Positions 24,301 through 36,700 of a DNA stretch of 64,000 nucleotides are shown here, in pieces; positions within the stretch are counted from its first letter, which is position 1, and the number at the start of each line of letters is the position of its first letter. A program made the position numbers and the translations under genes. Under the pieces are notes generated by a model. That model did not search any database and had not been told where the DNA came from. It worked only from the letters and a program-made list of their open reading frames with translations. This stretch comes from Stegostoma tigrinum. Lineage: Eukaryota. The stretch lies in the NCBI RefSeq assembly GCF_030684315.1, contig NC_081374.1, positions 12,016,837 through 12,080,836 on the forward strand, written 5' to 3'.

Positions 24301-27300
24301 TCCTCTGATCATCTTATATATCTCTATTAAGTCTCCGCTTAACCTTCTTCTCTCCAATGAAAACAACCTCAAGCCCCTCAACCTTTCCTCATAGGACATT
24401 CACTCCATACCAAGCAACATCCTCTGCACCCTTTCCAATGCTTCCACATCCTTCCTATAATGCGGCGACCAGAACTGTAAGCAATATTCCAGTGTAGCCG
24501 CATCAGAGTTTTATGCAGCTGCAACATTACCTCATGGCTCAGAAACTCAATCCCTCTACCAATAAAACTTAGTACATCATACACCTTCCTAACCACCCGA
24601 TCAACCAGGGTGGCAACTTTCAGGGATCTATGCACATGGACACCAAGATCTCTCTGCTCATCTGCACTACCAAGAATCTTACCATTAGCCCAGGACTCTG
24701 TATTCCTGTTACTCCTTCCAAAGTGAATCACCTCACACTTTTCTGCATTCAACTCCATTTGCCACCTCTCAGCCCAGCTCTGCAGCTTATCTACATCTCT
24801 CTGTCATCTGCAACGTCCTTCCACACTATCCACAACTCCACTGACTTTAGTATCATCCGCAAATTTACTAACCCATCCTTCTACACCCTCATCCAGGTCA
24901 TTTATAAAAATGACAAACAGCAGTGGCCCCAAAACAGATCCTTGTGGTATACCAGAAACTGAACTCCAGGATGAACATTTCCCATCAACCACTACCCTCT
25001 GACTTAGAACATAGAACATAGAAAAGTACAGCACAGTACAGGCCCTTTGGCCCACGATGTTGTGCCGTGGAATAATCCTAATCCAAAAGTAAAATAACCT
25101 CACCTACATTCCCCTCAATTCACTGCAGTCCATGTGCATGTCCAGCAGTCGCTGAAATGTCACTAATGACTCCGCTTCCATGACTACCACTGGCAAACTA
25201 TTCCATGCGCTCACAACACTCTGGGTGAAGAACCTCCCTCTGACATCTCTTCTATACCTTCCAACTAATACCTTAACACTATGACCCCTCATGGCAGTCA
25301 ATCCTGCCCCGGGGAAAAGTCTCTGGCTATCAACTCTATCCATGCCTCTCATTACCTCGTACACCTCGATCAGGTCACCTCTCTTCCTCCTTCTCTGCAG
25401 AGAGAAAAGTCCGAGCTCAGTCAACCTCTCCTCGTAAGACAAGCCCTCCAGTCCAGGCAGCCTCCTGGTAAACCTCTTTTGCACCCTCTCCATAGCCTCC
25501 ACATCTTTCCTGTAATAGGGCGACCAGAACTGGACACAATATTCCAAGTGTGGTCTCAACAGATTTTGTAGAGCTGCAGCATAAACACGCGGCTCTTAAA
25601 CTTGATCCCCTTGTCAATGAAATTCAAAACACCGTCTGCTTTCTTAACAACCTTATCCACCTGGGTGGCAACTAGGCTGACTGGTCTGTAATTTCCAGGG
25701 ATTTCCCTATTCCCTCTCTTGAAAAGAGGAACAACGTTTGCCTCCCTCCAATCTTCTGGTATGACTCCCGTGGAGAGTGAGGAAGCAAAGATCTTTGGCA
25801 GTGGCTGAGCAAACTCTTTTCTTGCTTCCTGGAGAAACCTAGGATAAATCTGGTCTAGCCCTGGGGACTCATCAATCTTAATGTTCACTAAAATTTCCAG
25901 CACATCACCTTCCTCAGTCATGATCTGTTCAAGCCTGTCTTCCTGCTCCTCAAAGTTCTCATTCACAACAAGGTCCCTTTCCTTCGTGAAAACCAAAGAA
26001 AATAATTCATTTAGGGCTTCCCCTATCTGCTCAGACTCCATGCTCAAGTTCCCTATGCTATCCCTGATTGGCCCTACCTTCTCCCTGATCATTCTCTTAT
26101 TCCTCACGTATGAGTAAAATGCCTTCGGGTTCTCCCTCATCCTTCCTGCCAAGCCTTTTTCGTGTCCCCTCCTGGCCCTCCTCATTCCACTTTTGAGCTC
26201 CTTCCGAGCAAGCCTGTAATCCTCCAAAGCTGTGCTAGACCCTTACTTCCTCCACCTTATGTAAACTGCCTTTTACTTTTTGACGAGAAGCACTTCTGTA
26301 CCCGTCATCCAAGGCTCCTTAATCTTACCCCTTCTTACCTGTCTCAGAAGAACAAATTTATACATCACTCGCAACAACTGCTCCTTAAACAGTCTCCGCA
26401 TGTCTGTTGTGCCCCTTCTGTGGAACAACTGCTCCCAATCTGTACTTCCCAACTCCTGCCTGATAGCGTCATAATTTCCTTTTCCCCAGTTAAATATCTT
26501 CCCCTGGTAACTGCTCCTTTCCTTTTCCATGTCTTCTTGCAGCTAGCCAATTTCTGATTCAAACCGCTAAATCACCCTCAATCCCATGCCTCTGTATTCA
26601 ATCACCTTTCCTTAGCCACTGACTCCATCCATCTCCCTGTTCAACAGAGCCCTCATCCGACATGTTTTGAGTTCCACACTCAGTCATTCCCATACCATCC
26701 AAGCTGGACTTAAACCTTCCACCATACATCAACTTAATCTCATCCAAATCTTTCCTCCAACTTTACATCTTTAAAGGTACGATAGAAATGCAAGTTACCT
26801 TGTTTGCAAACATTGATAGGGCAAGATTTTTTTTAATGTGCAAACCAGCCTACTGGATCTAGAAAGATGTGAATCCATACTGCGCGGAAGAACAAATTGA
26901 AATATTGTCCCAGACATTAAAATTCAAATTAATTTGAATTGAAATGAACAGATTGAAATTCAAATTAAAACCTGACATTTTTAAAATAGCTTTCATTCCA
27001 ACATTACATTATTTATAAAAATGCTTCTGTCTACAGCAAGCTACGTGTAAATGGCTCATTCTCATTGAAACCGCATTCAGTTTGGGCCCAGTCCATTAAA
27101 TCCTCAACTAGAATCATGGTCATTGAGAAGTGTGAATGAGAATTACACAATTCCTACAGTGCAGAAAGAGGCCATTGGGCCCATCAGGGCTTCACTATCT
27201 CTGTCAAGAGCATCCCACCAGACTGAGAATTCCACTCAAGATAACAAAGTGTGGAGCTGGATGAACACAGCAGGCCAAGCAGCACCTCAGGAGCACCAAA

Positions 27301-30300
27301 GCTGACATTTCGGGCCTAGACCCTTCATCAGAAAAGGGGGATGGGGAGAGGATTCTGAAATAAATAGGGAGAGAGAGGGAGGCAGATCTAAGATGGACTG
27401 AGGAGAAGATAGGTGGAGAGGAGAGTATGGGTCGGGAGGTAGGGAGGGGATAGGTCAGTACACGGAGAACGGACAGGTCAAGGGGACGGAATGAGGTTAG
27501 TAGGTGGGAAATGGAGGTGTGGCTTGAGGTGGCAGTAGGGGATAAGTGAGAGGAAGAACAGGTCAGGCAGACAGGGGCGAGCTGTGCTGGTTTTGAGATG
27601 CAGTGGGAGGAGGGGAGATTTTGAAGCTGGTGAAGTCGACATTGATACCATTGGGCTGCAGGGTTCCCAAGTGGAATATGAGTTGCTGTTCCTGCAACCT
27701 CCGGGTGGCATCATTATGGCACTGCAGGAGGCCCAGGATGGACATGTCGTCGAAGGAATGGGAGGGGGAGTTAAAACGGTTCGCGACTGGGAGGTGCAGT
27801 TGTTTACTGCGAACCGAGCGAGGGTGTTCTGCAAAGCGGTCCCCAAGCCTCCACTTGGTTTCCCCAATGTAGAAGAAGCCACACCGGGCACAGCAGATCC
27901 AGTATACTATATTGGCGGATGTGCATGTGAACATATGCTTGATGTGGAATGTCATCTTGGGGCCTGGGATGAGCATGAGGGAGGTGGTAGAATTCCGCTC
28001 TATTCCCTTAACCCTACATATCTAATGACTAACCCACCTGCACTACACAGCCTCTGAGCTCTCGGAAATTTGGCATGATCAATTCACAAACCTGCACATC
28101 AATGCAGCATCAGAGGAACCTGAAGCACCTTCTGGAAACCCATGCAGACACGGGCAGAATGTGCAAACTGCACAGTGTCTGACAAGGCTTCAGTTGAACC
28201 CAGGTCACTGAGTCTGTGAGGCAACAGTGTTAACCATTGAGACACTGGGCTGTCCATACTTGTGAAGTTGAGATGTGAAAAAAATGCTTCTACATTTGTT
28301 GCATGCTTTGATGTTCATTGTGAATTGACACTGTAAGAAAAATATGTGAATATTTTCAAGGGGGACGTGTGACAGAAATCCATGAATGTACAAAGAGACA
28401 AAGTGTTAATTATTTCCATCTGCACATTGGAGTTTGGTGTGTCAATGGAATGACAGAGAGAAATGATTCAGGCAGGTTGAACAGTAACATTTAAAAATCA
28501 TTCCGATAGATACATGGATGGGAGAGGTTTAGAGGGATATGGACGAAATGCCAGGAATTGGAACGAGCTGGGGATGCACCATGGTCAGTATGGACCAGTT
28601 TGTGCTGAAGGGCCAGTTTCCATGCTGCCTTCGTCTATGAATATAGAACTTTATTCTCAAGGGCTGGAAGAGGAATTATCGTTTAAACTGTGCTCTCAAC
28701 TGGAGCCATAGGTCTTACAGCTCAGAACATGTCTATGACAGAGTATTGTATCCGCTCAATGCTTCTGGGTTAAGAATTTTCCACACATTTCAGGCCTCAT
28801 CTCAACATCCTCCCCGACCCGAAAACCAATCCACCGGTTTTAATCAGGGCCTGCTAGACACCTGGGATTGGCCTCCTCTATCACTGGTAAAAGCCCCGAG
28901 CCTGTGGAGAAAGCCCTTTGGCAAACCACAAACCATACCTACAGGCATTGTAACGCTGTGCGGGCAGCCATTGCCTACAGCTCATTAAAGAGATAGAACT
29001 GGGTCACCTGCAGCAATATGTCTGCAGCTACTGACAAAAATGTTCCGTGGAGACACATTCTGGAAAGACAGGGAGGGGACAGTTTTCTTAGAGCCCACAT
29101 CACTGTTAATAAGCTGGACATTGTGGGTGGAGCACTCTTGTGTCATTCAAGGCTGTTCTGAGAGTTTTCAGAACGAGCCCTTTGCTCACCGTCTCTGAGA
29201 GGGTAACCTCCTGGGACAGGTTCGTGCACACATTGTGGTGTATCACTGCACAATTCCAGAGCAAATGGAATGTGTGTACTGATGACGGAGGGGTTTTGAG
29301 GCAGGTTCAGTTCATACAATGGTTTGTCTCAGAAAAGCAGGCTTTTGTCAACTGCCAAGTGCCCATCTCACGGGATATGGCTTTGAATCTGAGCATGTTT
29401 TAATACTGAGTGGCTTTTAAAAAGTGCCGGCTGCCCATCGACCAGAGCGTGGCATTAACACTGAGCAAGTCACTTCAGAGGATCTCTGGCAATTTGGTCA
29501 GACATTCTACACTTTGTTAAAAAGAGCTGCATTCCCTGTTTCATCACAGTCTAATGATAAGTCTCATTATATTTTTCCAGTTGTTTCTACAATGCCCATG
29601 TCATTCAGGGTCTGGCAGTTCCCTGCTCTCTATTTCTGACCCTCAGACACTGACAACCTAATGTCAGAGGGTTTCATCCACAATGATGTAATAACCCCCA
29701 AATGTTTCCAACTGTTCTACAGGAGATTACCCGATGTACTGTTTCTGTTTCCCAGACAGAGCATTGCGATGGTCCTCACTGGTTCAGTCTCTGGGTAACA
29801 ACTCCAGTGACTCTCCTTCTATATTAAACATTAAGGTGGGAGCACTGCCTTCAGCATTGTGGGTGGGGGTTAGCAGAGTTGGTGCAGGGTGTCAGCCCCT
29901 TTGACCTTCTCAAAGGTGAAACCCAATATGATTCACCAGGCTCACTCATCATCAACCACGTCCTGGGAACCACAAAGCCCCATGTCAGGCAGTTCACCAG
30001 AGGGAACCTCACCTTGGAATTGAACTCACCCCCCAGTTACTCAATCACAGCTCACTTCTCCCAGAATTGTCTCTCTGTCAGCAGAGACCTTTTTCTGCCT
30101 GAAATCAGCCTCATTACTTGCTTACTTGACTCTTATAGAAATGGAGCAGAGAGTGCCGATCTCTTGCAATCCAGGAGTTCACAATAATTGACACAATAAT
30201 TATTCTGCACTCTCAATAGGAGGCACATTCTGCAAACAAAAATTCAAAACAAATCAATGTTTAACTGCACGATGAATTTTCACACATAAATCTGCATTTG

Positions 30301-30512
30301 TCATAAACTGTTTGTTGGAATTTTCTAACATGGGAGAATTAGACAGTTTTCATTCACCTGAGAATTCAGTCTAAATACTGAGCTTCAGTCACTGCTATCT
30401 GTACAACTGACTCTTGAAATGTCGTGATTTCAGAAATTTTTTATTCATTCATTGAAAATTAGTTGAGTTCTTCTGTTAAGCATAGCTGACAGCACAAAAA
30501 TTTCTTCAGGGT

Positions 30513-30575
30513 TAATTTGCATCAAGTGACAGACTGTAGTTTCAGAAGTTGGCTTCCTATATCCTCTTCCTCATT
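30513..30575 (+). promoter_or_regulatory. Putative proximal promoter motifs: octamer ATTTGCAT (30515..30522) and Ets/PU.1-like GAGGAA on the - strand (30566..30575); copies at 5878..5940 and 18196..18258
   Basis: Exact octamer within TAATTTGCAT ~150 bp upstream of the ATG, plus two CTTCCT cores. Motif match only. Confidence 0.5.
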
Positions 30576-30670
30576 TACATTCTTGTAGACATTGTATTAC
30601 TCATTTACTTCAGTGTGAGAAACAAGAGCTGTGTGACTGACATCAAGAGCTGATCTTTGTGAATAAAACA

Positions 30671-30707
30671 ATGTGGACTTTGATTCTTCTGATTTGTTCC
30701 ATTCCCG
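30671..30707 (+). CDS. Exon 1, signal peptide MWTLILLICSIP (copy contiguous with the rest of the gene)
   Basis: ACAATGT start context, hydrophobic 12 codons plus G, strong donor G|GTGAGT, phase 1 typical of IgSF leader exons. Confidence 0.88.
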
Positions 30708-33700
30708 GTGAGTGACCATCTGAGTTGTTAATTTCAATAACTAATACTTATTAAAGTCTCCCGTCTGGTTTATACAGTATAGAGGTGTTTACATATTTGG
30801 AGACATGTAAAAAAACAAAGGAACATCATGTTGACACAGCAGGTAACATCTTTATTGCTGTGACAAATGCCTGAGAATTTGATTCATTCTCCAGCACATT
30901 CTCACAAACCCAAACAGGTTCATCATCAACCTGCAAATTCTTTCAATGTGCTCATGGCGGGGAGCAAGTGTGGATGAAATTCCAGGTCAGATTTATCCAG
31001 CGCAGTGTGTTTCCTCTCAAATACTGTCTCAGGACAGTAACCTTTTCCAGGAAGAACAAACTGCAGAAATCTGATGCACCATGTGCTTTACGAAAGCCTT
31101 TGAAGTTCAAATGAAAAATGTAAAAATACATGAACAACGTCAGGAAATATTATATCTTCTTCTGAATATATGATAATGTCATGGGACATAGTTAACAAAT
31201 ACTTTACAGCTGCATTAGTCATTATCAATAAAATGAAAAAGGAGAGCAGAACATTTTTTTATCGTGATTCAAACAGCATAAACAATTGAACTCATCCAAA
31301 ATTTTTCATTTTCAATATACACTGAAAACTGGTGTGGAAGTCAGCCTTCAAACAAAAGATCTTGGGTTTTGATTTCATTCTTTTTTTACTCTTATGACAA
31401 TTCATTAAATACTGTTTTGCAAGGTGCTGTCACAAAAGTAGGTGGTTGGATTATATATCTTCCCATAAAAAGCTTTTTTCCTTTCAGTCATTAACTTTAA
31501 CTGAGTTGCTGATGGTATATTTTGCCCTTCACTTACAACTTTAAAATCTATCACTGCAATAAAATTATTGTTCAGTATTGCCACTTCCCCTTCATTGATG
31601 ATCAAGCAAATTTGAAACACAAAATATTAAAATTCCAAGGGATGGAGCTCAATGAAGTGTTAGAGGAAAACCTTCTGCAACAGTTTGAGACTCAACCTCA
31701 TCAATTTCATGCAGAATACCTGACGGACAGTAAACTGAAGCGTGCCTCTGTGTGTTCAGAAATCCTCTTTGTTTCGAGGCTTCCTCTTTCCAATAAGAAC
31801 TCTAATCCATGACTTCCATCAGCTTTAACCATTTATGCATTTTCTACCTTTTGCATTTCCTTTCAACTGCCTCATTTATTTTAAAATCTTTTCTATCATT
31901 TCAGTCGAGAACTGTTCCCCACAGAAAGAACCTATCTCCCAAAAAGACTGATCGCCTCGTGTCTTTTGAAGTAAACTCTACCCAGTCATCAACAGGCTGT
32001 TCCCGTTCCACTCCAGGACACAATGTGACAGCAATTCAAACATTTTCTCATGAAGTATCTCTCCGGGACAATCAGTAAATTGCTTCTGTTATTTCACTCT
32101 GCTTTAAAATGACAACAATGTTTCATTACAGATAATCCTGACTTTCCTGCCCTCAAGTTTCTGCACGTTCCTCATACAGTGCGGAAACTGGCCATTCAGC
32201 CCAACAAGAAGTCACTACAATCCTCTGAAGACCATCCCACCCAGACCCATTACCTGACCCTATTACTGTAGGCCGGTGTTTCCCATGGCTCATGCATCTA
32301 ACCTCCTCATCCTTGAATATTATGGACACATTAACATGACTAATCCGCTGAACTTGCACCTTTTTGGACTGGTGGTTGAAACAGGAGGGACCAATGGAAA
32401 CCCATGCAGACATGGAGGGAATGTGCAAGCTTCACACACATTCGTGATCATCCAAGATTGGAAAAGGAACAGAGTCCCTGGCGCTGTGAGGCATCAGTGC
32501 AAACCACTGAGCCACTGTGTCACCAGTGATCAAGCTTCACACTGGTGAACCGTTTGTTGCGCAACTTCAAATCTCTTCATTATGTCCTTGAGGGCTTTCA
32601 TAACCTTCCTGTGTCACCTGTTGGATCTGCCCCTCACAACCTGAAAATTCAGCCCCTGTGCCCACCATGAGCCGACACACCAGCCCCCCCATCCCTCCCT
32701 GGCTGAAAGCCTCACTCTCTGGTCAGAACAAGGACACTCCAGACCCTGTAGCTTCCTTCACACTCATCCCCAGCTGACTCCAATCCAGGCCTGTCACTCA
32801 GACTGCTCTCCAGGACGGCAAGATCTCGATGATGCCACACACAATAGAGTTCAAGCCCACAGCGTGTAACAGAAGGCCAATTTCAAGATTGATCCAAAAC
32901 TCGACCAATGGGGAAACGCTGTTTAAATTATTCCCTGTGAATCTGGAAAACCCTGAGGGCCTGATAAAGGTTTATATTAATGATTACCTTCATCATAAAT
33001 TGGATAGAATGGAACTGATTACAATGTAACTGAAAATGAAAAGCACTTCTTTAGAAATTTCCAAATCTCTGAAATATTTTCTCCTCAGTTTCAGATGCTT
33101 TATGGGCAGAGAGATCCTTGACGGGAATTTTGGGAAGAGCGATCACAATACATTGCCACTATGAAGCACAGTGGTACCAGTCACACATTAAATATTGGTG
33201 TCACGGATGGACTCGTCAGTGTAATGTTATAGCAGCAACAAACTGGGCAAATGGGAGAATATCAATCACTGATAACAAAGCACAAGGAATATTTCTTGTT
33301 ACAATGAAGAACCTTCAATGGGGAGATGCAGGATGGTACAGCTGTGGGATTGACGCTCCAGGACTTGACCCAATGTTTTATGTACAGCTGCACATCTCAG
33401 AAGGTACATATGTCTCACTGATATTATTTCAATTTTTAATTCTGCTGATATCTCTGATCAAATCTTTATCCAGGAGACAAGATAACATAGTGTTGGAGGG
33501 TATTTGATTTTTTGATGGCAGCCGATTTCTCAACAATTGTTTCTTTCCCACAGAAGCTGTCTCTACTCCTAAACTTCAGTTTTTGTCACAACCAAATGTC
33601 TCATGTTCTGGGGGCTCGGTCACCATCTCCTGTGAATCTGCCCGGGGATCCCTCCCCATTCATTACACATGGTATGAGAGCTCATCTCAAAACTCAAAGA

Positions 33701-36700
33701 TCTCTGGCACCAATAAACTGGATCTACATTGTCAATCCTTCACACAGCAACATCATCAGTATTACTGCACAGCCTCAAATACTCAGGGAACAAAATCCAG
33801 TGAAATTGTTCATGTGTCAGTCAACAATGTAACAGAGAAGAACTGCAGTTACACTGTGAAAATCAAGAGCACCGGTAAGTGTGAAGCAAACAATGTGATT
33901 TTTTTTGCTGAATGTCCGTTCAAACTAGAGTCTTTTTGTCTCACTCTCTAAGGCTGTAATTATTAAAACTCACACTATTTTTTTTCATTGCCAGTTCTGA
34001 ACAAAACCATCGATCCGCATTGTCCTTCAAAAATGAGCAGGTACATAAAATATTCCCCACATCATGCATAAACACTGTGCAATCTCCAGTAATCCACAAA
34101 AATTAAAATAGTTTTAGATTGATGAACAATTTGAATTTTTCTATCAGATGCAATTATCAAACTCAGTGCATGACAGTTGTGTCCAGATTTTGGACACACT
34201 TCGGGTATGGATTGGAGATGAGTTGTACAAATGAAATATATGAAAGTATTGACTGCAGGCATTTCCTGATATACTCTCGTGTTTGAGCTGTCAGAGAAGG
34301 AGCAGGTCAGCATCAAGTAGCAATGATACACATAAACTGTATTTGTAACTATCAGCAGCGGCTCATGTGGCTGCTCTCTAACATTGGTCTCAAACATGCT
34401 GTGTGTTCATGTTCCCCTTCGGGGCTAAAATGCAAGTGGATACCACTGCCCAGCAGAGAGAGGGAATGCTGTGCTCTTGCAGCTGAGACAGTGTCCATGA
34501 GCTAATAAACTGAGAACCTGTTCACCCTTTGGGTATGGCATCATTTGTAAACTGTTTGCAGAATGGGGGTTTTCCTGATGTCGAAGCAAGCATTCATTCC
34601 TCAAACAATATTGCTAAAAACAGCCAGATTTTTGTCAGAATTACTTCAAAGCTTTTCGCTGCATTTAAATTAACTTCGACACATTGCTGCATTACAATGG
34701 TATGCTTGTTTCAACAAAGCACTTCATCAAATGTGAATTGTTTTGGGGTCTCCTCAGATCCTGTAAGGCACTATTTAGTTCATTAATGTCCTTTCAGGAA
34801 GGAAACATGCTGCTCTTTCCAGCTCTGGTCTGCATGTGACTCCAGCAATGTGCTTGCTTCTTAACTGCCCTCTTTAAAAGGCCTGACAGCCAATCAGTCA
34901 GGGGTAATTCAGAATGGGCAGCAAACACTTTCCAATAAAGTATAAACAATAAAAAATTTAACAATTTAGCTCTTGCAGAAATGGCTCACTTAAAATACAC
35001 TTAAGCCATGTTGTGTCTGTACTCCAGGGAGATGGGGAACCTCATTTGTCTGCCTCATGGACCCTAATACTTCAGCCAATGGGAAATCACTGGCAGGTTA
35101 TGTGTCTGTGGGGGGTTCACTTTATTCCTGACAGTTCAGAAAACTGACACTAAGAGAGTGGAATTAACCAAAGCCAACATCAGCAAATGGCAGCTCCATG
35201 TGAAACTCATGGTTTTAAACAATTCCGATACCTGTGTTGTAGTTTCCAGCCCAAACCCTTTAACAAACCCATTTCTAACACATCAACTCTCAGATTTGAG
35301 AAAGAAAGTCAACAAGATTGTCTGTGTGTGCAACCACAGAACATGGGAGAGATACTGATCCAAAGCTTTCACATCAGTTTTTACTGTGGAGTGCTTGGCA
35401 ATGAACCGGGCCAAGTGTCAGACCTGTTGGTCGGGGCATTTTGGCATAAGCGAACATAACTCTGTTACTTTTATAGTAGTCATGAAAAAGGATAGGCACA
35501 TAAAGCAGAGCTGGGTAACATAAAATGGGAACAGATGTTGTGAGGGAAGAACACGACTGAAATGTGGAGATTGGTCAAGAAATGCAGACTGTGTGCACTC
35601 AATATGTTTGTCCCTCTCAGGCAGGGAAGCTGCGGTGAGTGAGGGAGCCTTGGTTCTCAAGAGAGGTCGAATGACTGGTTAAGAGGAAGAAGGATGCTTA
35701 TGTAAGGTTTAGGAAAAGAGGAACGAAAAAGGCTCAGGAGGGATACAAGTTATCCAGGAAGGAGCTGAAGAAAGAGCACGGGAGAGCTATAAGGGGGCAT
35801 GAGGAAACCTCAGCAGTTAGGATCAAACAAACTCCAAAGATTTTTACACGTATGTGAGGAATAAGAGAATGACCAGAGTAAGATCAGGCCGATCAAGGAT
35901 TGTAAAGGGAATTTGTGTGCGGAGCCTGAAGAGACAGGAGAGGTACTTAATGAATACATTTCTTTGGTATTCACAACTGAGAGGGACCTAACTGTAGGGG
36001 AGAGCAGTGAGCAGCCTCAGGGGACTTCCCCTCCCCCGACTGCATCCCGAAGCCCAGCTCGTGCCCTCCCCCCCACTGCATTCCAAAGCCCAGCTCGTCC
36101 CCTGCCCCCCCACTGCATCCCAAAACCAGCCCAGCTCATCCCCGCCTGCCTAACCTGTTCTTCCTCTCACCTATCCCCTCCTCCCACCTCAAGCCGCACC
36201 ACCATTTCCTACCTACGAACCTCACCCCGCCCCCCTTGACCTGTCCATCTTCCCTGGACTGACCTATACCCTCCCTATCTCCCCACATATACTCTCCTCT
36301 CCACCTATCTTCTTTTCTCTCCATCTTCGGTCTGCCTCCCCCTCTCTCCCTATTTATTTCAGAACCCTCACCCCATCCTCCTCTCTGATGAAGGGTCTAG
36401 GCCCGAAACGTCAGTTTTTAAGCTCCTGAGATGCTGCTTGGCCTGCTGTGTTCATCCAGCTCCACACTTTGGTGTCTTGGATTCTCCAGCATCTGCAGTT
36501 CCCATTATGTCTGATCATGATATTCAAAGTAGTGCTCAGTTACAAGAGGTGTACTTCAACAATCTGTTCTGAGTCCTCTTCTATTTGTGATTTTGGTAAA
36601 TGATTTGGATGTTGGAGTGGAAGGGTGGATGAGTAAATTCACGAACGATGTAATGGTGGTTTGGGTTGTAGATAATGTGGAGGGATCTTCCAGGTTCCAA

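Larger units (their letters stand above)
19564..31880. repeat. 12.3-kb tandem duplication, unit Y (12,317 bp), continuous with the gene body
   Basis: Scattered substitutions versus X (roughly 1% by eye); after ..ctcatttatt it continues into unique intron 1 sequence (ttaaaatc..). Confidence 0.95.

Noticed and set aside
33089-33874. Rearranging antigen-receptor V segment
   Set aside because: The V exon ends in a normal splice donor; the CACAGTG heptamers I noticed lack a properly spaced nonamer; no J or C1 exons seen.
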